A stretch of DNA of 63,973 bases, counting the filler, from Perkinsus olseni (taxonomy: Eukaryota), in the NCBI GenBank assembly GCA_013115125.1. It is 4 parts of 4 records of this genome, joined end to end, with 100 filler letters (N's around TTAATTAATTAA, not from the genome) between each part and the next. Parts side by side here need not be neighbours in the genome. Positions count along the whole stretch, not along the records: positions 1 to 17,298 come from JABANN010000650.1; positions 17,399 to 34,652 come from JABANN010000651.1; 2 more parts are not named here. One strand, written 5' to 3'. The notes beneath the pieces are model-generated. The model was not told the DNA's origin and ran no database searches. It saw nothing but the letters and a program-made list of their open reading frames with translations. The position numbers and the translations under genes are program-made. Shown here piece after piece: positions 11,503 to 20,723 of this stretch; position 1 is the stretch's first letter; each line of letters opens with the position of its first letter.

Positions 11503-13975
11503 ATGCCTTCCGACATGTCCAGGATCGACCTAGAGGAGGAAGACCTGGTTGAGGAGGATCCCGAACAGTGAGTTCCCTATTACTGCTCTCACCCGTAGAG
11601 GATGCCTTCTCGTCCAGTATCAGCGCTGTAGTGAACTTATCGCAACCTACGTGAAATCCAAGACTAGCGGGTGGCGACCCTCTGCGGTTCGCCGGGGCCC
11701 CAGATGATGCCTGGTTTCGTTTCAGCGTGGTCGTTCATCGCCCTACCTATCCGACCCTGGCCGACGTGGATGAGGGGCTCGCCGAGGACGCCGAGGAGAG
11801 GGGCTTGGCCTCGACTATTGATTACAACGAAGTCCAAACCTACCCAGAGAGGCCTACGTTCGAAACCAAACCGTTACCACTAAGATATGAAACCCAATGT
11901 AAGGCGTCGGCTCGGTGGGTGCTATACATGGGCACCGTTACGGCTTCTTCACGGTTTACGTTACGGTGCGCGTAACGTAAATAGTTTACGGTTACGCTTA
12001 CGACTTTACGGTTGGTGAAGAACTGCCTTCTTGGAATTGTGGCGGAAACATTCGCTGTAAGGCATTCCACCATAGCTCAAATAGTTGTTAAACTCATTAT
12101 TGGTGGTTCGGATTCAACCGAACCGCTGGGAGACTAACATTTGGCTCCCCATTGCCTACTCGCCTCCCTTTGAATTCCATCCGTCCTACTCCCAGACTGA
12201 CCCGGAACTGCCGAGCCGGCCTCGTGTACGCATGCGCACTCACATGAAACAGACTTAAATCACTTGAATGGTAATTCCTCGTTTTGTCCATTACATCTCC
12301 GTAAGAGCCGTTAAGGCGCCGTAATTTTACGTTACGGGCCTTAAAGCGTAACCGTAAAAGTCAGCCGTAACAGTCCGTAACTTAATTCAGCCCATCTATA
12401 GTGGGTGCCTCATTCTGGGTACAGCCACCTGTAGCGTTCGTAATTGAAGTGTGCTTCCACAGTACGTGTTCTGATGCCATGGCAGGTGTGGCGTTCGACC
12501 CTTGCAAGGCTGACCCTCATCATCCCTCCAGCATGCCGATATACCAGACGGCCACTTTCGTCCAGCCTAGCATCGAGAGGTTTGGCCCCTACGACTATAC
12601 CAGATCAGGCAACCCTACTCGGACTGCTGTAGAGCAGCTACTAGCCGGTATGCGGTGGGTGAGCGGATCCATGCCTCCAACGGTTGAAATGACAGGCCTT
12701 GAGGGGGCCCACGCTGCCTTCTCCTTCAACACGGGTATGGCGGCACTGGCGGCGGTCACCCGACTCTGCAACGCGGGGGATGAGATAATCTGCGGAGACG
12801 ACATCTACGGCGGCATGCATCGGTAGGCTCGCGGCCTTCTACTCTTGAGTGACCATTTCCCTCAGCCTGCTGAGCCGCATCGTCAAACGATACGGCATCA
12901 AAGTCCATTTCGTCGACTTGAGTGATGCTGAGGCCGTGGCCGCAGTGCTCACTGAGCACACTCGCATCGTGCATTGCGAGAGCCCCTCCAACCCTTTGAT
13001 GAGAATCACCGATCTCCGAAGGTCAGTGTGGTCCCTCCGTGCAGCCCCAGTGCCCGTCCTGTTCTCAGACTCTCCGCTCAGCTCAAGGCGTTCTCGTCAC
13101 GCATAGTCCTCTCAGTGGACAGCACCATGATGAGTCCGTACTGGATGCAGCCCCTCCGCCTGGGTGCCGACATCGTAGTCCACAGCGCCACCAAGTTCCT
13201 CCTCGGACACAGCGACACCATGGCGGGCTTCGTTTGCACTTCTAGCCCAGAGCTCAGCTCTGCTATTGCCTTCGTCCAGAATGCTGAGGGAACAGCGTGT
13301 TCACCGTTCGACTGCTGGCTTATTCTGAGAGGCTTGAAGACACTGTGCATCAGACAGGACCGAGCTGAGGAGAATGCACGGAAGGTGGTGGCGTTCCTGG
13401 CCAACCATCCAATCGTCCGGGAGGTGAGATGGTCAATACTCCGAGATTCATACCACAACTTCCTCTAATTGTTCCGTTCGTCACAATTTGCCTCCCATGA
13501 AGCCCATCGAGCGTCTCAACGAGTCTCTCGGCTACTCAGCGTTCGATGACGTCTGTCTGTGTTCTCTGCCAACCCCACACTTCCTCGCCATTACTTGCTA
13601 CAGGTGTATTACGCATCGTACTGCCCTCCTGATGCCTCGGGAAAGCGTCTCCAAGACCAGCTCATACACCTCAGCCAGGCTCGTACGGGTGGCGCGGTTC
13701 TCAGTTTTACCACAGGGAGTGTCCGCCTCTCGCGGAAGATATGCGACGCCGTCCACCTGTTCAAGATCACCGTATCTTTTGGCTCGTGTAACTCTCTGAT
13801 CGAGATGCCGTGCGTGCTTTCGCATGCCTCTATCCCTGCGGAAATGCGCTCATTGCCGGAGGACCTTCTAAGACTGAGCATTGGCATCGAGCACTACGAA
13901 GATTTGATCGCCGATCTCGAACAGGCATTCCGTGCTGCCCTGCCCGGTGGAGCGCCCTCTCGAAAGTCTCCCTGA
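11503..13975 (+). CDS. Cystathionine beta-lyase (Cys/Met metabolism PLP enzyme), multi-exon
   Basis: PIYQTATF, YDYTRSGNPTR, TGMAAL, ESPSNP, PLP-lysine motif HSATKFLLGHSD, TVSFGSCNSLIEMPCVLSHASIP (plant/fungal CBL-like) and LLRLSIGIEH. Confidence 0.92.
11923..12400. mobile_element. Non-autonomous hAT-type MITE (478 bp) in a CBL intron
   Basis: TIRs TATACATGGGC and GCCCATCTATA (10/11 match). Perfect 8-bp TSD GTGGGTGC at 11915-11922 and 12401-12408. Many subterminal TTACGG (left) and CCGTAA (right) repeats. Confidence 0.92.
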
Positions 13976-14165
13976 AAGAGCACCGGTGTGAATCATGAAC
14001 TTCGCTCCGCTCGTCCAATTTTGTTTTTTCGTGGTCGCTGTTGCATTGCGTACAAGTCGTGCCCCGGGCCGAACTGAACGTTTGAAGGTTCCCCTACATC
14101 ACAAAAGTGCGCGAATCCTCGCTGCCTGGAGTACCGCCTGCGGCAGTAGCTATCTTCAAGCCCTC

Positions 14166-17110
14166 ATGTTCTCATCTCGAGCCCCGCGATTCCTCGCCGA
14201 CGAGATGGCGATCGACTCCGCACCCGCTGTGCTATCGGTTAGCTCATCCTCAGAGGTCCGGACCACACCTCAATTCAAGATAGGAACGACAGCTCGATGG
14301 GGCAATAGTAGGAGAGATACTCTGCAAGAGAGCACGCTAGAGGCCGTCCAGATAAAGGCGACAGCAGAACGGAGCCTGCTACCGACTGCCAAGGCGCCCC
14401 TCATTGGGACTGGGGCGAGAGGCTGGGTTCTGTGCAAGCGGGTTTTCCCCAGAGTGAGCGCTTCCATAACCCGAGGGCTGGAACAAAAGGCGTGAGTGGG
14501 CAGTCTCAGGAGCATCACTCCGAGGAGGCCAACGCTGCCTTACCGCTCTAGGCGTTTACCAATCCGGGAGACTCAGATCTCAACTTCTGTAAGCGGCAGC
14601 ATGGTCGCTGCTCAGCGGTGATGCGGAAGCCTGTCATTGATCGACGCCCTCCGATCACGTCGAGTCAATCCCGTTCGCGAGTGCCGAGAACACATCCGCC
14701 AGGGAAGCAACAAACCGTTGTTCCAAGTAAGCAGGAGATGGTGCCGTAGCGGACATTCTCACGCACTCAGCGCGCCACAGAGCTATAGGTCGTTCCGGCA
14801 GAATATCGCTTCTCCGACAGCCTGACGGTAGCTTCGGCCTTAAAGTCGTTGACGGCGAGCTGAGAACTCCGGGAGGTGAGCATAGAGTTGTGAGCATAGA
14901 CGGCAAGAGGCTCGATAATCGAAGGCTCATAGAGCTGGCCCGCCGGATATCACAGGGAACGACGGCCCGCTGCATGATGATAGAGAAAGGCCGGCCTCGA
15001 CCGCCACAGGAAGAGGAGCTCGGGGCAGAGAGTAGGGAAGCACATGCCGACGATGAGACAGATTCCACTGAGGGAGGATCCGGGGCTGATAGCATATCAG
15101 AACAGGAAAGGCCCGATGAAGAATGCCCGACGTTGCCGCGTGATGATTTGGGCAGCGGTGAAGCCTGTAATCCGCTGACAGCGGCCGCCCTCTCTAGACT
15201 TGCCGCACAGAAGTCACCGAGGTGCTTACCTTCTTTGGCGCGTGCAGCCCCGAATGTTGCAGCCTCGGAGATCTCCACCGGCGCTTCAACCACAGTCCAG
15301 CAGGAGAGGCCTGCTCGGTCCACCGCGACATTCGGACGATCAAAGACGGACAGGTTTGGGAGCTCCCATAACGAAGCGAGCCACGACTGGCCATTCAACC
15401 CCACCGGGCCGCCTAAGCGGGTGAAAGGTGGAAGCATTATGCCTCCCCACCGCTACGAGCGGAAATCTGTGGACCAGCAGGAGTTATCGGAGATTGACCC
15501 TAAGCTAGACTTGGTCAGAGAGCAAGTGCCCAGCGCGGTGATTACACCGGTACCCACACCGGTGGTGGTGACAGGGGGGTCATCTTGTGGGCCCGGAAGC
15601 TACGACCCAGCTCCGCCCTCTCCTGGGCCGTGCAGTGCTGTCATGAGAGCTTCCCAATCCCGGATTGGAGAGCAGCACGTATCCTGGGATCCATCTCGGC
15701 CTGGCCCGGGAACATACGAGGTCGCAGCCGATGAACGCTCGAGAGCGCCTTCGCTGAGCCTTGATAGAGTGCCAAGATTGACCAAGAGTGAGTGTGAACA
15801 TGTGGATGCCTTCCAGGCTCGGTGCTGCGTAGGTCAGTCCATGTTCTCCCATGAGATCGGAGGCTACGAGCGGAAGCCGCGGAGGAGGCGTGTTCCCAGC
15901 GTTGTCATATTGCCAGCGGGAGCTCGCCTCGCTACGATGGTGAGCAGGCTGGAGTGCTACGCCACCTTTCTATCAGCTAAAGGCCCTACTCAGTTCTTGA
16001 CGATTTACAGTGCAACGATGTCAGATGGAGGAGATCCATCCTGACCCCGCCACCTACACTCCGCACCACATCGACATCCACAGGCCTGACGTGGGCATCC
16101 TACACTGGAGTCGTGCTCGAGATGTGGCAATAAGATACGCCCATGAGCGTCTCTTCGGTCCAAGCCGGCGAGAAATCGACAACTGGGTATGAGGGTCTTC
16201 ACTTCTTTCTAGTGGCATCCTATCCATCAGGAAGTCCGCGGGATCAATTTGGCATCCCCAGGCTGTGACAAATGTATTCGACCCGGGAGCATATCGCTGG
16301 TGGATTATGGACGATCAGCGACGACGGCTGCTGAAGTCGCGTCACATGTGAGTTAACTTTTCTGGTTGCCGAATGCGACGCCGTCAGCTGGATTCCGCGG
16401 AGAATTCCCCGTGGAGTCAGGCCCCGTCCTCCAAGGTTTGTGAAAATACGTGGAGGTTCTACGACATCAAGGCCCCGGAGTGTGAGGAGTTCACGGCCTT
16501 CTTCGGCTGCAAACAAGATTTCGATCAATGGAAGAACGTCGCCAGACGCCGTGAACTACAACGCAGCATCGCTCGGCGACGCGACCACCCACAGTCTGAG
16601 CTTCTTGCATACTCGCTTCCCGAGTTGCCCAAGGGGGTGGAGGTTGATTTTAGTGCTGCTCCAGGACGCGTGGCAGGAGCAAGAGAAACTGAAGGCACCG
16701 CAGTCGAGGGAGACGTTCTAATGCTCGACCCAGAAGGATATTCCAAGAACGTTGGGGGAGTTCCATTCCGTCTGCAGAAGCCTCGGGATAACCCCGACAC
16801 AGAGGTGGAGGGTGACGTGTTGCTCCTATCGCCAAAGAAACTCCCGAAGAGTGTCGGAGGGGCTATCAAGCTAGACCTACAGCCGGTCAGAGAAACAAGG
16901 CTCAAGTGTGACGTGACGGGTGTTGGGCCAGGCGAGCAGATGTACACTACGGAGCCACCTCGGGCAGAAGAGGCTGATGATGCAAGTGATGAGTGTCTGC
17001 TACATTTCAAGGAAAGGGACCGCTGTCGGCCACTCGGTCATCTGCCGAAGTGGCTCCTCAAAATGAAGCAGCAGAGGCGTAGCGAGCTACCAGTCGTGCA
17101 TGAAAGTTGA
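14166..17110 (+). CDS. SHIPPO / sperm-tail PG-rich repeat protein (ODF3/STPG-like), multi-exon; start approximate
   Basis: Repeats GPGSYDP, PGPGTYE and HPDPATYTP within long plus-strand ORFs 14890-16044 and 16373-17110. Confidence 0.6.
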
Positions 17111-17298
17111 TGACTTCCAGTGTATTCCTGAGTGTTCGTGTTACCAAGTGCTGACTGCAGGAACTCAACTCATGAAGGGAATTCAAGAAAGTATTTAAAG
17201 CATCGTTGCACACGATCGCACATTGACCCGCCGTCGATGTCCCTGAAGCTGCTGTCCCATGCACAGCACTCTTCCATAACATATTCCTCGGTGACACC

Positions 17299-17398
17299 NN
17301 NNNNNNNNNNNNNNNNNNNNNNNNNNNNNNNNNNNNNNNNNNTTAATTAATTAANNNNNNNNNNNNNNNNNNNNNNNNNNNNNNNNNNNNNNNNNNNN
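17299..17398. other. Artificial contig linker (N-run, TTAATTAATTAA, N-run)
   Basis: Six-frame stop cassette at 17343-17354 within a 100-nt N spacer. Confidence 0.97.
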
Positions 17399-18526
17399 GA
17401 TCCCCCAACCCGAACCGGGCGGGAGGGCGGGTCCAAACGTGAACACGTCCAAGGTCGTTAGAGACCCAGGCACGCGGCCTGAACCCACCGTGGCCTTGTG
17501 ACGCGGCGGGGAGACGCGCCTAACGGGAGCACGCGAGCGCACAACCTCCTACCACTCCGAGCTTTACCTCGTTACACGCGTGTACCGACCAAAAAAAAAT
17601 TCCGCCGCAGAGATGCACGGGATTTAGGGCGAGCGAGGAACTAAATGCCATAGTTGGGGAATCTAGGGACTTGAATTTCGGTAGCGGGACCGCTAAGCCG
17701 ATCTTCTCGCAGTGCTCCCCTACTTCCTGCTCTGACCTGTCGGTTCGCTGGCTTTCAGGGAGGCATTGTTGTAGATAGAGCATGAGCTGTGCAAAGAGGT
17801 TCATGGCTGGTCTCCTTCGAGCATCAGAAAACACTCCGGCACCCGGTACTCGTCTCAGCTGTCAATTTTCTCGGATGACTCCCACAAACGCCCGAAGACC
17901 ATCCTTGCCGAGCAACTGCTCTACGGCAGGGACGACTCCTGGGACAGTAGGGAAATCGGTGGCGGTGAAATGAATTTTATGCACTTATGTTTTAGAAAGG
18001 CTCAGTACTGTTCGACGACGAAGAAATCAGACAGCAGCAGATGGCAATCCGAATGAGACACAGCGTTGATGGAGTCCCTAATGTCAGGGTGCCGCCTTGT
18101 CAGTGTGTTGAGAAGATGACACTGCAAGGGCTCGATTGCGTGGGCCTTATCCACGAGAATCCCTATAACGGGAGGAAAGTAATCAGCGGCGCCTCCCTGG
18201 ACGGTCGAAGAGAGACGCCTTGTCAGGTTGCCCTCATGCGTAATAGGAACGCTGACTGTAGCCGCCATGAGAAGGTCATAGCGAAGATTTGGCCAAATAC
18301 CCATCTCGATGCCACTCGCCAGGCCTTGGGCACTCGAGACGTCGAAAGCCGCATGAAAAAACTGGTGGGAAGCTCCAACGGAACGAGTGTCCTGCGACTT
18401 GCCACGGCTCAGGTGGTCGAAGACGCGGAGAGGGAGTCAATACTTCTGTCACAGTTGGCTGATGATGGCAATGGCTGTGCGGTAGTACGGGAAGAGGACT
18501 TGTTCTGTTAATGGAAGCTTTCCTTG

Positions 18527-18587
18527 TACATCGTGCTGTACATGATATAATCGCCACGTCTCTCAGCACAAAGGGCGTCGTCGGCTG
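18527..18587 (-). repeat. Dispersed conserved hairpin motif, copy A
   Basis: Reverse complement contains GTGCTGAGAGACGTGGCGATTATATCATGTACAGCACGATGTA, 41/43 identical to 44464-44506. Confidence 0.85.
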
Positions 18588-18634
18588 TCGCGCCAATAAA
18601 AAACGATAGTGGTCTTCAAAACCTTTCCGATTTA

Positions 18635-18950
18635 CCAGCTGCCGCGATCTTTCTCTTGTGAAGTCCTGGGCCTTCTGTTTGCANNNNNNNNNNNNNNNNN
18701 NNNNNNNNNNNNNNNNNNNNNNNNNNNNNNNNNNNNNNNNNNNNNNNNNNNNNNNNNNNNNNNNNNNNNNNNNNNNNNNNNGATCGCCAGCTGCCGCGAT
18801 CTTTCTCTTGTGAAGTCCTGGGCCTTCTGTTTGCATCGCCAGCTGCTGCGATCTTTCTCTTGTGAAGTCCTGGGCCTTCTGTTTGCATCGCCAGCTGCTG
18901 CGATCTTCCTCTTGTAAAGTCCTGGGCCTTCTGTTTGCATCGCCAGCTGC
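18635..18950. repeat. 52-bp minisatellite, interrupted by an assembly gap
   Basis: Unit CCAGCTGCYGCGATCTTTCTCTTGTGAAGTCCTGGGCCTTCTGTTTGCATCG starts at 18635, 18787, 18839, 18891 and partially at 18943. Confidence 0.95.
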
Positions 18951-18989
18951 GGCGATCAGTGACGTCTTCTGTGACAAGGAGTTGCTCAG

Positions 18990-20140
18990 GTGCGGCCATT
19001 GAAAACCTTTACGTGCCAACCTGGATCCGAGCCTGTACTGGTCAGCACTGGCTGCACTTCTGGTGCTACTTACTTCATAAGAGAATACTGCAACTACGGC
19101 GACCTCAGTCAGTATGTCACTCGTTGCCAGGATATGTGAGCATTCTCGACACATCCACGATTCCGTCTCACTACCTGACCTTCAGGTACCAGATCGAGGG
19201 CAGCCATCTAGGTCTACGATGGTATCTTTCAGCTAAGGATGCCGTAAGGCAGGCCATTGAATGCATCAGGACCGTTCACGATGCCGGGTGAGAGGAAGTC
19301 TATGCAGTCCCCTTTGGCCCAGTATCGGTAGGGGCACTCAGGTACGCCTTGCTGGACGTCGACATGAGTCAGTTCGGAGTGATGGACTTCCGCGGCTACG
19401 GCTCTGGTCTTGACCTTGATGGTCCCCAGCCGATCCAGGTCAAGATTATCGACGCTGGCCAAGCCACCGGTGAGCCGCCTCGGCACTTCCATCGTCACAG
19501 GCATGGATTCTGGTCTGTTCCTTCGTCAGGTCTCTCGACCAACTCCGGATCGACCATCGGTAAGCCCTCCACGCGGTGCCCGGAGGCACAGAAAGCGGCT
19601 GTCCAAGCCGAAAGGGGCATCCCACCTGGAGAGAGGGTAGTACACCATCACTTCCCAGCCGCGTGGCTAACAGCGCATCGCACTCTCAGAAACACTGGTC
19701 AGCGGTTCGTCAGGATACCTGGGCGGTCGGGTTGATGATTTTCGACCTCCTATGGAACTCCCCCTGGCAGCTAGCGAGCGCCGATGATCCGCAATACCGA
19801 CTGTATCGCGAGCGAGGGGTGAGCGACGCTCTCGAGTCACTTTTCATCTCTAGTTGGAGCGTTCAGGTCAGAACCCTGGTCAAGCGCGTGCCCAGCTCTA
19901 GCAACAGATTTGGTGTTGCCCCCCGCGGTGTCGATATGACTATGTCATTACGCGATTTGCTCCGAGGAACGCTCACGGCATGCGATAAGCCCGGGATGTA
20001 GGCCCTCGATGACTGGCCAATCGCCGAGTCTCGCCCCTCAGCTTTCCCTGCGCAGGTTCCTGTCTCTAGGAGCAGTGCTGGCCTCGCCGTGGTGGCAGGA
20101 AAATGATCACCCAGGCGAGAATGTCGATACTCCAACGACG
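18990..20140 (+). pseudogene. Atypical Ser/Thr protein kinase, apparently 5'-truncated or frameshifted
   Basis: Hinge YFIREYCNYGDL, catalytic-loop equivalent HDAGYALLDVDMSQF, VKIIDAGQA, IGKPSTRCPE and DTWAVGLMIF. No Gly-rich loop or VAIK lysine found, and the frame changes near 19040-19060. Confidence 0.6.
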
Positions 20141-20723
20141 ACCGGGGCCCTGGATTGACCTATTAAGGCGTATCATTCATCATCACTAAGGAATTCCCTC
20201 ATTTTCATGTGTATACTAGTAGCTTTCACAAGCCCCCTTCTTCCACTGCCTCGTCCCTAGTCATAACGCATTTTCTGATCTTATTTTTCACCTAACTGCC
20301 TTTTTCACCATCACGAGCAGATAGTTCCTGAACTGTTGCCGGTGGGGTTGTGGACCAGAAGATTCCAAGTCTTCGTCATCATCACCATAGTCGTCTGCGG
20401 TCCGTCTTCCGCGCTGTAAACTTTGCCTGCCTCACTGATTGGCTGCCTGTTGCATTGAAATCAAAAGTATCATCTCAGGACCTCGACCGTCCCCGATAAG
20501 CTGCGTTGTTAATCTCAGAGGGTTGCACTGGAGGTGCCCGGCTTGGTCCTCTCGCTGTGGGGGTGAAGGGTATCGCTCAATGGCGGTAGTACTCGCAGGC
20601 AACGGAGGGACTGTTGAGGGCTAGAAGCGTTCGCATCGCTGACCTCAGCCGCCCTCGGAATCCGAGCTCTCGGGAGGATTTGTTTCCAGTTGGATTTGCA
20701 GTTGATACTCTCTCCACATTCCA

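Noticed and set aside
14655-15437. 260-aa minus-strand ORF and similar antisense ORFs over real genes
   Set aside because: These are shadows of GC-rich plus-strand coding sequence with no independent motifs.
17343-17354. TTAATTAATTAA palindrome as a biological site
   Set aside because: It is identical and centred in N-runs three times, so it is an assembly linker.
18635-18950. Regularly spaced repeats as a CRISPR array
   Set aside because: Units are head-to-tail with no unique spacers, there are no cas genes, and the context is eukaryotic.
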